This document shows, piece by piece, positions 19,892 through 30,019 of a stretch of DNA of 64,000 nt. The position numbers were made by a program, and so were the translations under genes. The number at the start of each line of letters is the position of its first letter. Within the stretch, counting starts at the first letter, position 1. Source of the DNA: an uncultured Verrucomicrobiae bacterium (GTDB taxonomy: Bacteria; Verrucomicrobiota; Verrucomicrobiia; Chthoniobacterales; JAFAMB01); assembly GCA_963762565.1 (NCBI GenBank), contig CAVXLD010000005.1, positions 416,001 through 480,000 on the forward strand. The letters run 5' to 3'. The notes beneath the pieces are model-generated. The model did no database searches and was not told the DNA's origin. It worked only from the letters and a program-made list of their open reading frames with translations.

Positions 19892-22800
19892 GTGATCGAG
19901 CTGTCAAGACAACTGGCGCACGATGATGAATGTGTGCTTTATCGTGCCCGGAGGAAGGAGGACGGGTCCCGGATTCTGGTTTTGGTACCTGCCGTGCAGC
20001 ATCCCAACCCGGACATTCTAAAACGTCTGGAGCACGAATACTCCTTGCGCGAGGAGCTTGATCGGGAGTGGGCTGTTAGGCCCCTGGCATTGAATCGCCG
20101 CGACGGGCAGACGACGCTGGTGCTGGAGGATCCGAGCTCTGCGGCTGTGGGGCTCGATCAATGTTTGGGGTCCGCCGGCATCCGCCAAAGTAGAACCGGC
20201 GCAGGCGCGGAACCGATGGAATTGGGCCGTTTTCTTCGGCTAGCGATCAATCTGGCGGCTGGACTGGACAAGCTCCATCGCCGGGGCCTCATGCACAAGG
20301 ATATAAAGCCGGCTCACATTTTGGTTGATCTTGAAACCGATAAAGTATGGTTCACCGGTTTCGGAATCAGTTCGCGTTTGGCTCGTGAACGACAGGCGGC
20401 TGAACCTCCCGAAGTGATCGCCGGCACACTGGCCTACATGGCGCCGGAACAGACCGGGCGAATGAATCGGTCGATTGATTCTCGCATTGATCTCTACTCG
20501 TTGGGCGTCACCTTCTATCAAATGCTCACCGGCGTTTTACCCTTCGCTGCGGCTGATCCGATGGAGTGGGTGCACTGCCATGTCGCCAGGCAGCCGGCGC
20601 CGCCGGCCGAAAGGTGGCCGGCGGTCCCGGGCGTTATCTCGGCAATCGTTTTGAAGCTGCTCGCCAAGGCCGCCGAGGAACGTTATCAAACCGCCGCCGG
20701 GCTCGAGGTCGATCTGCGGCGCGCCTTGGCCGAATGGGAGAGTCGAGGACGAATCGACGCCTTCCCGCTCGGAGAGCGCGACACGCCTGACCAGCTGCTG
20801 ATCCCTGAGCGCCTTTACGGGCGCGAGCGCGAAATCGCGAGCCTGCACGCCACCTTCGAACGCGTGGCAGCCGGGGGCGGGCCGGAGCTGGTTCTGGTCG
20901 AGGGCCAAGCTGGAGTCGGCAAGTCCGCGATGGTCCATGAGCTTCAGCGCGCGCTGGCGCAGCAACGCCGCCCCGCCCGCAACGCTTCCGCCGCGGCGGA
21001 AGCGGGTGGGCTGTTCGCGTCCGGCAAGTTCGACCAATACAAGCGTGACATCCCCTACGCCAGCCTGGCGCAGGCCTTGCTGAACCTGATCCGGCCTCTT
21101 CTGGCGAAGAGCGAGACCGAACTGGCGTCCTGGCGCGTCGCGCTTACCGCGGCGGTTGGCTTGAACGGCGCGCTTATGGTGACACTGCTGCCGGAGCTCG
21201 AACATATCATCGGCCCGCAGCCGCCGGTGGCGGAGCTGCCACCGCGCGACGAGCAGCGCCGGTTCCAGCTCGTGTTCCGGCGCCTCCTCGGTGTCTTTGC
21301 TCGACCCGAGCATCCGCTGGCGCTGCTCCTAGATGACCTGCAATGGCTGGACGCAGGGACACTCGATCTCCTCGAGGACCTACTGACGCAACCGGATCTG
21401 CAGCACCTGCTTCTTATCGGTGCTTATCGGGATGATGAGGTCACGCCCACGCATCCTCTGATCCGGCGGCTGGCGACGATCCGCCAAACCGGCGGACGCG
21501 TTCAGGTGATCGTCCTAAAGCCGCTTGGGCTCGATGACGTGAGCCGGATAGTTGCCGGTGCGCTGCACTGCGGCAACGCTCGACCTCTGGCCCGGCTTGT
21601 GCATGAGAAGACCGCCGGCAATCCGTTCTTCGCCATCCAGTTTGTGACCACATTGGCCGAGGAAGGACTGCTCATGTTCAACCGTGAGGCGGCCCACTGG
21701 ATTTGGGACCTCAAGCGGATACGCGCCAAAGGCTACACCGATAACGTCGTGGATCTCCTATTGAACAAGCTGCGCCGCCTGCCCGCTACAACACAAGCTG
21801 TCCTGAAGCGGCTGGCCTGCCTCGGGAACAGCGTGCAGATCGGTACCCTGGCCCTCTTCCAAAGCGAGAGCGAGGACGCCCTGCACGCGACCCTTTCGGC
21901 GGCGACACGGGCCGGGCTTCTGTTCCGGCAGCAAGGGACCTACAAGTTTCTGCACGATCGTGTGCGGGAGGCGGCCTACGCACTGATCCCGGACGGCGAG
22001 CGTGCGGCGGCGCACCTCACCATCGGTCGCTGTCTCGCCGCGCGCACCCCGCCTGGCGCGGTCGAGGAAAACATCTTCGAGATCGCCGGCCAGCTCAACC
22101 GGGGGGCCGCACTGATTAGCTCGGGAAAGGAGCGCGAGCAGCTCGCCGAACTGAACCTCATTGCGGGCCGGCGCGCCAAGTCCTCGACCGCCTATTCCTC
22201 AGCGCTGACTTACCTCACCGCGGGTGCGAGCCTCCTACCTGAAGACGCGTGGGAGCGCTGCCATGATCTCGCCTTCGCGCTCGAGCTGAATCGGGCTGAA
22301 TGCGAGTTTCTAACCGGCGCCCTGGCGGAAGCAGAAGCGCGCCTCGCCGAGCTGGCGGATCACGCCGCCACCCCCTCTGAGCGCGCAATGCTAACCCGCC
22401 TCCGGGTTGACCTCTTCATGACCCTGGGCCGAAGCGACCGCGCCATCGAGGTCGGCCTCGACTGCTTGCGCTACTTCAACGTTAACTGGTCAGTGCATCC
22501 GACGAAGAAGGAAGTCGAGGATGAATACGCACTGCTATGGCGGCAGCTCGGAGACCGGCCGATCGAAGGACTGGTCGACCTGCCCCGCATGGTCGATCCG
22601 GTCGCGTGCGCGACGGTGGACGTTCTCGCCTCCCTCGTGACACCGGCGCTGTGGACCGACGAAAATCTTCGCCGCCTGGTCATCGGCCGCATGGGGAATC
22701 TCAGCCTGGAGCACGGCAACAGCGACGCTTCGGGCTACGCCTACACGGCTGTGGGGAACGTGCTGGGGCTTTACTTCGGGGATTACAAGGCGGGATTCCG

Positions 22801-25630
22801 CTTTGCCCAGCTCGGGTTGGACTCTGTCGAGCAGCCGGGAATGGACCGCTGGAAGTCTCGGGTCTATCTGGCCTTCGGTAATCTCGCGAAACCATCGGTG
22901 CGTCATGCTCGCACGGACCGCCCGCTCGCGCGCTATGCTTTCGAAGCCGCGCAGCAGGTCGGCGACCTCGCATATGCCGGGATCAGCTGCAACAACGTCA
23001 TTACGCAGCTTCTCGCGAGCGGTGCCCCGCTCTCGGAGGTGCATCAGGAGGCCCAGGCGGGGCTCGACTTTGCGCGCCAGGCCCGTTTCGGTGTCGTCGT
23101 CAATCTGATCACCGCGCAGCTCGGGATGATCCGGACGCTTCGGGGCTTGACGCCCCTCTTCGGCTGCTTCAACGACGATACCTTCGAGGAGGGTCAGTTC
23201 GAGCAGCAGCTCGCGGCGGACCCAAATGTCGGGTCAACGGCCTTCATATACTGGATTCGCAAACTGCAGGCCCGCATCCTCGCCGACGATTACATCGCAG
23301 CTGTCGCCGCAGCCAGCAAAGCAGAACACCTCGTCTGGATGTCGCCGGTCATTTTCGAGCGGGCCGACTACCACTTCTACGCTGCGCTCGCGCTAATCGC
23401 GCTGTGCAATGCGGGGTCTGATGCCGAACGGGCCCAATACCGAGATAGCTTGGCCTCCCACCACCGCCAGCTCCAGGCTTGGGCCGAACACTGCCCGGAA
23501 AATTTTGCGAGCCGAGCCGCCCTGCTCGGCGGGGAAATTGCACGACTTGATGGCCGCGAGCTCGAGGCTGAGCATCTATATGAACAAGCTATCCGTTCGG
23601 CTCGTAGCAATGCATTGCTACACAATGAAGCGATAGCGTATGAGCGCGCTTCCACATTCTACCGAGCGCGCGGGTTCGACGAAATTGCCACGCTCTACTT
23701 TCAGAACGCCCGCCACTGCTATTTGCGCTGGGGAGCCGATGGAAAGGTGCGGCAACTCGACGAGCTGTACCCAAACCTCAGGACCGAAGGGGCCGCCGCC
23801 GGTCCTACAGGGCAGATTAAAGCGCAGACCGATCAACTTGATCTAGCTGCCGTAGTCAAGGTCTCGCAGGCTATCTCGAGCGAGATCGTGCCTGAAAAGC
23901 TGATAGAAACACTCTTAAAGGTGGCGCTCGAAAATGCCGGTGCTGAGCGCGGTCTTTTGATCCTATCACAAGGGGAGCAACATCGGATCGAGGCCGAAAT
24001 CAAGACGGACCTCGACCAGGTCCGGGTTCAGCTGCGGCATGCGCCGATAACCTCCTCCGAATTGCCCGGGTCACTCTTTTGGTATGTGATTCGAACTCAA
24101 CAGAAGATCATTCTCGATGATGTGTCGGATAGCAACATGTTCTCCGATGATGACTACTTCCGGCAGAGGCGCCCGAGGTCAATTCTTTGCCTGCCGCTGG
24201 TAAAACAAACCAAGGTGGTTGGAGCCCTTTACCTGGAACATAACTTGGCTCCGCGGGTATTCACTCAAAAGCGGTTGGCCATGCTGGAACTGTTAGCCTC
24301 TCAAGCTGCGATCTCGTTGGATCATGCCCGGTTGTACTCGCAGCTAAGCCGCGCCAACGAAAACCTCGAGCAGGAGGTCAACGAACGGCTACGGGCGGAA
24401 GCCGCCGCGCGCCGAAGTGAGGCTTACTTAGCGGAAGCGGAGTCGCTCAGCAAATGCGGCAGTTGGGCGTTAAAACCCGCCACCCAAGAGATCACCTACT
24501 GGTCGCCGGAACGCTACCGCCTGTTTGGGTTTGATCCGGAGGCTGGCGTACCCTCCTACGAGGCCGTTCTCCAGCGAGTTCATCCTGACGACCGGACAAG
24601 ATGGCTTGAAAACACCAAAGAGGCGGAAGCGCGAGATTCCAGCCGTGAGTTCCGAGTTGTTCTTCCGGACGGCGAGATCAAGTACCTGCACGGAGTAGGT
24701 CATCCCGTTTTCAGTGAATCGGGCGAACTCGTCGAAATCATCGGGGCGGCTATCGACATCACCGAACGCAAACGCGCAGAGGAACAACAGCGCGAGGCGC
24801 AGGCACAGCTGGCTCACATGACGCGAGTGGCGACCCTCGGTGAGTTGGCTGGATCAATCGCTCATGAAGTGAAGCAGCCGCTCACTGCTATCATTAACAA
24901 TGCTGATGCCTGCCTCGCTCTGTTGCCAACTGAGATTAGTAAGCTCGACGAGGTGCGTGAGGCATTATCGGATATTATCTCTGACGCCGATAGGGCCAGC
25001 GCCGTGATTGAGCGAATTCGGGGGCTGATTAAGAAGTCGCCGCCGCAGAAGAGCCGGATAGATCTTAATGAGACAATCGGTGGAGTAATCGCTCTGGCCC
25101 GCGGCGAACTAGACCGCCATGGAGTGTTATTACTGACCAGGCTTGCCAATGACTTGCCTCCCATCCTGGGCGATCGAATCCAACTGCAGCAAGTGCTTCT
25201 CAATCTGATCATCAACGCCATCGAGGCGATGAGTGGTGTGACTGAGGGTCCGCGCGAGCTTCAGATACGTTCGGAGAAAATAGCCAAGGCGTGCAGCGAA
25301 TCGGAGCGCCTGATGCCGATACGCTCCGACCGCCGCCGGACCGAGACGCGGACACAGCCAGACGCGCGTCATGAGGACCCGGGATCGTCTTTGGCCGAAA
25401 CGGAAGCAACCTACGCCCTGGTTTCCGTGGCAGACTCAGGTCCGGGGCCGAACGCAAACGCGCTGGATCGTCTCTTTGACGCGTTTTACACTACAAAGCC
25501 TGAGGGATTGGGAATGGGGTTGTCGATCAGCCGTTCTATTGTTGAAGCTCATGGAGGGCGGCTATGGGCGGGGGCAAATGTGCCGAAAGGCGCTCTGCTT
25601 CAATTCACGCTACCGATTGCTAATGACTAA
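19892..25630 (+). CDS. Ser/Thr kinase-like + AAA ATPase + TPR + GAF + PAS + histidine kinase
   Basis: HKDIKP, GTLAYMAPEQTGR, Walker A GQAGVGKS, LDDLQW, GAF SILCLPL, H-box SIAHEVKQPL, G-boxes. Confidence 0.95.
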   Translation: MIELSRQLAHDDECVLYRARRKEDGSRILVLVPAVQHPNPDILKRLEHEYSLREELDREWAVRPLALNRRDGQTTLVLEDPSSAAVGLDQCLGSAGIRQSRTGAGAEPMELGRFLRLAINLAAGLDKLHRRGLMHKDIKPAHILVDLETDKVWFTGFGISSRLARERQAAEPPEVIAGTLAYMAPEQTGRMNRSIDSRIDLYSLGVTFYQMLTGVLPFAAADPMEWVHCHVARQPAPPAERWPAVPGVISAIVLKLLAKAAEERYQTAAGLEVDLRRALAEWESRGRIDAFPLGERDTPDQLLIPERLYGREREIASLHATFERVAAGGGPELVLVEGQAGVGKSAMVHELQRALAQQRRPARNASAAAEAGGLFASGKFDQYKRDIPYASLAQALLNLIRPLLAKSETELASWRVALTAAVGLNGALMVTLLPELEHIIGPQPPVAELPPRDEQRRFQLVFRRLLGVFARPEHPLALLLDDLQWLDAGTLDLLEDLLTQPDLQHLLLIGAYRDDEVTPTHPLIRRLATIRQTGGRVQVIVLKPLGLDDVSRIVAGALHCGNARPLARLVHEKTAGNPFFAIQFVTTLAEEGLLMFNREAAHWIWDLKRIRAKGYTDNVVDLLLNKLRRLPATTQAVLKRLACLGNSVQIGTLALFQSESEDALHATLSAATRAGLLFRQQGTYKFLHDRVREAAYALIPDGERAAAHLTIGRCLAARTPPGAVEENIFEIAGQLNRGAALISSGKEREQLAELNLIAGRRAKSSTAYSSALTYLTAGASLLPEDAWERCHDLAFALELNRAECEFLTGALAEAEARLAELADHAATPSERAMLTRLRVDLFMTLGRSDRAIEVGLDCLRYFNVNWSVHPTKKEVEDEYALLWRQLGDRPIEGLVDLPRMVDPVACATVDVLASLVTPALWTDENLRRLVIGRMGNLSLEHGNSDASGYAYTAVGNVLGLYFGDYKAGFRFAQLGLDSVEQPGMDRWKSRVYLAFGNLAKPSVRHARTDRPLARYAFEAAQQVGDLAYAGISCNNVITQLLASGAPLSEVHQEAQAGLDFARQARFGVVVNLITAQLGMIRTLRGLTPLFGCFNDDTFEEGQFEQQLAADPNVGSTAFIYWIRKLQARILADDYIAAVAAASKAEHLVWMSPVIFERADYHFYAALALIALCNAGSDAERAQYRDSLASHHRQLQAWAEHCPENFASRAALLGGEIARLDGRELEAEHLYEQAIRSARSNALLHNEAIAYERASTFYRARGFDEIATLYFQNARHCYLRWGADGKVRQLDELYPNLRTEGAAAGPTGQIKAQTDQLDLAAVVKVSQAISSEIVPEKLIETLLKVALENAGAERGLLILSQGEQHRIEAEIKTDLDQVRVQLRHAPITSSELPGSLFWYVIRTQQKIILDDVSDSNMFSDDDYFRQRRPRSILCLPLVKQTKVVGALYLEHNLAPRVFTQKRLAMLELLASQAAISLDHARLYSQLSRANENLEQEVNERLRAEAAARRSEAYLAEAESLSKCGSWALKPATQEITYWSPERYRLFGFDPEAGVPSYEAVLQRVHPDDRTRWLENTKEAEARDSSREFRVVLPDGEIKYLHGVGHPVFSESGELVEIIGAAIDITERKRAEEQQREAQAQLAHMTRVATLGELAGSIAHEVKQPLTAIINNADACLALLPTEISKLDEVREALSDIISDADRASAVIERIRGLIKKSPPQKSRIDLNETIGGVIALARGELDRHGVLLLTRLANDLPPILGDRIQLQQVLLNLIINAIEAMSGVTEGPRELQIRSEKIAKACSESERLMPIRSDRRRTETRTQPDARHEDPGSSLAETEATYALVSVADSGPGPNANALDRLFDAFYTTKPEGLGMGLSISRSIVEAHGGRLWAGANVPKGALLQFTLPIAND

Positions 25631-26912
25631 GATGTCTCAGACAAGCCTAGACGGGATTCTACCGAGATTCTGGCGCACAATCGCGTCGGCTTTGCTTGGC
25701 TGCATTCTTCTCGCGTTGGTGATCTTTGTTTGCTTTCAATTGCATACCAGGTTGGGGATTGTTGCTCTTTTCTGTCTGCTTACAATTGTTATCCTCTCGC
25801 TTCAGGGCCGCTTCTTGGTGGCGCTTTTTTGCTCGGTGCTCGCAACCCTGGGTCTGGACTACTTCTTTACGCAGCCGGTTTTCAGCTTAGCCGTGACTCG
25901 GCCGGAGGATATTGCCGCGCTGCTTACTTTCTCGGCGATTGCATTGGTTGTCAGTGCGCTGGGCTCTAAACTGCGGAAATCGTATTGGGAACTCGCCCAA
26001 GAAAACACCGAGCGCAAACGGGCGGAAGAAGAGCTGCGTGAAAAGGAGGCCTCCTTGCGCGAAGCGCAATCAAGTTTGGCTCATGTTAGCCGGCTGACTA
26101 CGATGGGAGAATTGGCAGTGTCAATCGCGCATGAAGTCAACCAGCCGCTCACCGCGATCCTCAATAACGCCAACGCCTGCCTGGCCCTACTGCCGAGGGA
26201 GACCAAGGATGTGGACGAGCTCAGCGCGGCCTTGTCGGATATTGTTAGTGACGCCCACAGGGCAAGTGCCGTGATCGCGCGCATTCGAGAACTGGTTGAG
26301 AAGGTGCCCCCGCAGAAGAGCCGGCTAAATATTAACGAGACCATAGGGGAAGTGATCGCTCTGGCCCGTGGCGAATTGAATCGTCATGGAGTGTTACTGC
26401 AGACCAGCCTCGCCGATGACTCGCCGTCCATCATGGGCGATCGAATCCAGCTGCAGCAAGTGATTCTCAATCTGATCATCAACGCCATGGAGGCGATGAG
26501 TGGTGTGACTGACGGTTCACGCGACCTATTGGTCAGTTCGCAGAATGTGACCGGAATGCCGGGCGAACCGAAGCAAGTCAGGCTCGCTGAAACTGTCGGG
26601 CTGGAGATTGACCGCCGAATACCGAAAGCCGACTTGTCCGACGGAGTCCCGCGTACCGGGACGAAGTCAGAATGCCGAACGCAAAACGCGTACGTGTTGG
26701 TATCTGTGGCGGATTCAGGCCCAGGGCTGGATCCAAAGGACCTGAATCGTCTTTTCGACGCGTTTTACACGACTAAGTCTCAAGGCCTGGGAATGGGATT
26801 AGCAATCAGCCGTTCCATTGTGGAAGCTCACGCAGGACGGCTTTGGGCGATGGCGAATGTGCCTAGAGGAGCGCTGTTTCAGTTTACGTTACCTATCGGA
26901 CAGAGTGAATAA
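25623..26912 (+). CDS. Membrane sensor histidine kinase (DUF4118-like N-terminus)
   Basis: Four TM helices with LDYFFTQP, SIAHEVNQPL, GLGMGLAISRSIVEAH; overlaps the upstream stop. Confidence 0.9.
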   Translation: MTKMSQTSLDGILPRFWRTIASALLGCILLALVIFVCFQLHTRLGIVALFCLLTIVILSLQGRFLVALFCSVLATLGLDYFFTQPVFSLAVTRPEDIAALLTFSAIALVVSALGSKLRKSYWELAQENTERKRAEEELREKEASLREAQSSLAHVSRLTTMGELAVSIAHEVNQPLTAILNNANACLALLPRETKDVDELSAALSDIVSDAHRASAVIARIRELVEKVPPQKSRLNINETIGEVIALARGELNRHGVLLQTSLADDSPSIMGDRIQLQQVILNLIINAMEAMSGVTDGSRDLLVSSQNVTGMPGEPKQVRLAETVGLEIDRRIPKADLSDGVPRTGTKSECRTQNAYVLVSVADSGPGLDPKDLNRLFDAFYTTKSQGLGMGLAISRSIVEAHAGRLWAMANVPRGALFQFTLPIGQSE

Positions 26913-26951
26913 CGCTGGCATAGTGCGTTGCCGTGCTAGCTGCGAAGAGCG

Positions 26952-26979
26952 GTAAGCCATAAGCCGTAAGCAGTAAGCA
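26952..26979 (+). repeat. Heptamer tandem array RTAAGCM x4 (left arm)
   Basis: GTAAGCC ATAAGCC GTAAGCA GTAAGCA. Confidence 0.8.
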
Positions 26980-26986
26980 ATCTATT

Positions 26987-27442
26987 ATGACTGATTTAGA
27001 CGAAACGTTTCGGCCAATGAGTAAAGGCTTTGTGAAGGACTACACGGACCTCCTTGCGTATCGGGCGAGCTTTCAGCTGAGCAAGGAAATTTTTGAAACG
27101 ACGAAGCAATTCCCTAAGGAAGAGGTATATGCGTTAACCGACCAATTTCGCCGTGCTATAAGGTCTGTGGGAGCCAACATTGCAGAAGCGTGGGGCAAGC
27201 GGCGGTACGAGAAGCATTTCATAAGTAAGCTCACCGATGCAGATGCCGAACGCTTGGAGACCCAACACTGGCTCAGAACCTGGTATGCTTGCGAATATGT
27301 CAGTAGCAATCAGGCCGAGAAAATGAACGAAAGATTGCTAGAAATTGGTCGTCTTTTGAATGGCATGATCGAAAGGTCATCCGCTTTTGTGATCAGGGAT
27401 GATCGTGTGCGGGAGGACCCTTTGATCGATGAATTCTTTTAG
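26987..27442 (+). CDS. Four-helix-bundle protein (23S rRNA IVS protein / Avd-like family)
   Basis: FPKEEVYALTDQFRRAIRSVGANIAEAWGKRRY..F.SKLTDADAE..ETQHWL. Confidence 0.92.
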   Translation: MTDLDETFRPMSKGFVKDYTDLLAYRASFQLSKEIFETTKQFPKEEVYALTDQFRRAIRSVGANIAEAWGKRRYEKHFISKLTDADAERLETQHWLRTWYACEYVSSNQAEKMNERLLEIGRLLNGMIERSSAFVIRDDRVREDPLIDEFF

Positions 27443-27464
27443 CTTATCGAAACTGCGTCACATA

Positions 27465-27490
27465 CGCTTACTGCTTACTCCTTACTGCTC
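27465..27490 (+). repeat. Heptamer tandem array TGCTTAC-like (right arm, reverse complement of left arm)
   Basis: CGCTTAC TGCTTAC TCCTTAC TGCTC. Confidence 0.75.
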
Positions 27491-27495
27491 CTGAT

Positions 27496-28113
27496 ATGGT
27501 CGAGCCGGAATCCACGGTATTTGTGGTAGATGACGACCCGTCGATCTGTCGCTCGATCGAGCGGTTAATCGGGCCCGCCGGGTTCAAAGTTCAAAGCTTC
27601 CGGTCGGCAGCTCAATTTCTCGCGCATGGTCGACCGTCAGGTCCGGCATGTCTAATACTTGATGTCCAGCTGCCCGGACTGAGCGGTTTGGATCTGCAGC
27701 GCGAACTAACCAACTCGGGAATCCAACTCCCCATTATCTTCGTGACGGCCCACGGTGATATCCCCATGACCGTGCGTGCAATGAAGGGTGGAGCGGTTGA
27801 GTTTCTAACGAAGCCATATCGCGCCGCACAACTGCTCAGCGCTATTCGGGCAGCCCTCGAGCGAGATCGCACCATGCTCCAGCAGCGGATTGAGGTGGCA
27901 CAACTGCATAGTCGTTACGATTTGCTTACGCCCCGAGAACGAGAAGTGCTTGCCTTTCTCGTATCAGGGCTGCTCAACAAGCAGATTGCAGGCGAATTGG
28001 CCACCACGGAAAGAACGATCAAATTCCATCGTGCTAACATTATGCGCAAGATGCAGGCAGAGTCGGTCGCGGATCTGGTTAAAATGGCGCAAAAGCTGGG
28101 GCTGGGGGAGTAG
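27496..28113 (+). CDS. FixJ/NodW-family response regulator (REC + LuxR HTH)
   Basis: VFVVDDD, LDVQLPG, FLTKP, LTPREREV..LLNKQIA. Confidence 0.95.
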   Translation: MVEPESTVFVVDDDPSICRSIERLIGPAGFKVQSFRSAAQFLAHGRPSGPACLILDVQLPGLSGLDLQRELTNSGIQLPIIFVTAHGDIPMTVRAMKGGAVEFLTKPYRAAQLLSAIRAALERDRTMLQQRIEVAQLHSRYDLLTPREREVLAFLVSGLLNKQIAGELATTERTIKFHRANIMRKMQAESVADLVKMAQKLGLGE

Positions 28114-28405
28114 GGAATAGCAGATAGCAGATAGCAAGTAAGGAGTTCAAGGAGTGTTGGAGTAGTCGAGGCGCGAAGCGCTGACCCCGAAAGCTTTCTG
28201 GGCTGGCAAGAATTTAGCCTGGCTGCGCTTTTTTTCATCTACCTAGGGTTTGCTGCGCTCACCTCTAGACTAAATTCTCCCGCGCCTTCGGCGCTAAATA
28301 CCTACCGCGCTGCACGGGCGGGCCGAATGTCGTCAGATCGTCGTGTCGCACACGCGCTCGTTGGCGGCGTTTTCGGCGTTGTCGGCGTTCCCGCTCGTTC
28401 CAACC

Positions 28406-28426
28406 CCTGTACCAAGGAACAGTAGA
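28406..28426 (+). promoter_or_regulatory. 21-bp motif copy 1, CCTGTACCAAGGAACAGTAGA
   Basis: Recurs at 30236 and 31004. Confidence 0.7.
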
Positions 28427-28477
28427 TTTGTTCTTTAGATATCTTTAATAACTAAACATCTAGCTGAAGAAACGCCT

Positions 28478-30019
28478 ATGTCCCCCAGCGCGAATATCTC
28501 GGAAGCACCGCTCGTTCTCATTGTAGACGATGACGTCTCAGTGAGGCGATCGACTGCGAGACTCCTACGTTCGGCAGGCATGCGGGCGGAAAGTTTCGCT
28601 TCGGCTCAGCAACTGCTCGATTCTGAGAACACAATCAAAGCGGATTGCCTGATCGTCGATGTACGAATGCCCGGTATAGACGGGCTGCAATTAATGCGCT
28701 GTCTAAGGGCACACGAGCAGCGCATCCCAGTGATTTTCTTTACTGGGGAGGCTGCTCAAGAAGATGAAGACTGGGCGCTCCGAGCGGGCGCTCTGGCTTT
28801 TCTGCGAAAGCCCGTCGGTAAAGGCGCGTTACTGCGGTTGATTCAGATGGCGCTCGAGAGTGCAAAGCATGCAAAGCAATTGGCCAAGGCAAACGAAGTG
28901 CTTCGGAGCTGCCTAGACAGGCTAGCCTCAGTTCCTGAGCTAGATGAGTTTCTCGGACAGGTTATGGCGGCGATGATCAGACAGCTAGGGGCAGTCTCTT
29001 GCATCTTAAAAGTGTTTAGCGCCGAACAAAAACGCCCGTTATTTGACCTGCTTTTCCAAGATGGCAGGGTAATCTCTCCCGCGGACGCTAGCTATCCTCA
29101 GGTTTATCGATCCTTGTACTTAGAAGAGCTAGACATTCAGCCCTGTACGACCGTGCTGCATCTTCAAGACCCTCAGACGATGCTAAAACCGGAGGGGCTA
29201 CGCAATTATCTGCTCGGCCAGGGCGTCAAGACTCTATTGACCATTCCATTGATCTCGCGTGGCGAACTCAATGGTGTATTGCGTTTCCGGTTTGCCGAGG
29301 AGTGCGATTTTACAGCCGAAGAACTTGAACTTGCTCGAGCTTTGGCGACACAAGCCAGTTTGGCAATTCACCTCGCTCAACTTGCAGAATCAGCAAAACG
29401 ATCTGCTGTGCTGGAAGAGCGCAATCGGTTGGCTGGCGAGATTCACGATTCACTGGGTCAAAGCTTTGCCGCTGTTTGCATGCAGCTCGCGCTTGCAGCA
29501 GAAGAGACGCAAAACAACCGCAAAGCGGTTCGCGGCCAAATAGGGCGTGCGTTAGAGTTGGCTAGGTTTGGTTTATCCGAAGCGCGTCGTTCGGCATTGA
29601 GCCTGCGATCGCAGGTCATCGAGGAGTTAGGATTCGTCGAGTCCCTCAAAATGTTGGCCGAGCGCTCAACTATCCCGGGCCGGTTGCTCTGTACCTTTCG
29701 GTGCAACCTCGAGAACGACGCCGGCCTGCCGGTCGGGATCCGCCAGGATTTACTGCGAATTGCGCAAGAGGCGATTAGTAACGCAATGCGCCACGCCGAG
29801 CCCACAGCAATTGAGGTCAGTCTGCGCTTAGATCGGACCGATCTGATCCTCAAAGTCACTGACAACGGGTGCGGAATGGCCAATACAGAAGGGATCAGAT
29901 ACGGATTCGGTTTCGTTAACATGCGAGCAAGAGTGAAAAACCTGAATGGTTCATTAAACACCCGCAGCGCGCGCGGTCGCGGAACGAGCATTTTGGTTAC
30001 TGTGCCGGTTGAGGTTTAG
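28478..30019 (+). CDS. Hybrid kinase: REC + GAF + HisKA_3 (NarX-type) + HATPase
   Basis: IVDDD..DVRMP..FLRKP; EERNRLAGEIHDSLGQ; QEAISNAMRHA; DNGCG. Confidence 0.92.
   Translation: MSPSANISEAPLVLIVDDDVSVRRSTARLLRSAGMRAESFASAQQLLDSENTIKADCLIVDVRMPGIDGLQLMRCLRAHEQRIPVIFFTGEAAQEDEDWALRAGALAFLRKPVGKGALLRLIQMALESAKHAKQLAKANEVLRSCLDRLASVPELDEFLGQVMAAMIRQLGAVSCILKVFSAEQKRPLFDLLFQDGRVISPADASYPQVYRSLYLEELDIQPCTTVLHLQDPQTMLKPEGLRNYLLGQGVKTLLTIPLISRGELNGVLRFRFAEECDFTAEELELARALATQASLAIHLAQLAESAKRSAVLEERNRLAGEIHDSLGQSFAAVCMQLALAAEETQNNRKAVRGQIGRALELARFGLSEARRSALSLRSQVIEELGFVESLKMLAERSTIPGRLLCTFRCNLENDAGLPVGIRQDLLRIAQEAISNAMRHAEPTAIEVSLRLDRTDLILKVTDNGCGMANTEGIRYGFGFVNMRARVKNLNGSLNTRSARGRGTSILVTVPVEV

Noticed and set aside
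26987..27442. Diversity-generating retroelement (Avd-like gene)
   Set aside because: No reverse transcriptase and no TR/VR pair with A-specific mismatches; the NRPS repeat shows no mismatches
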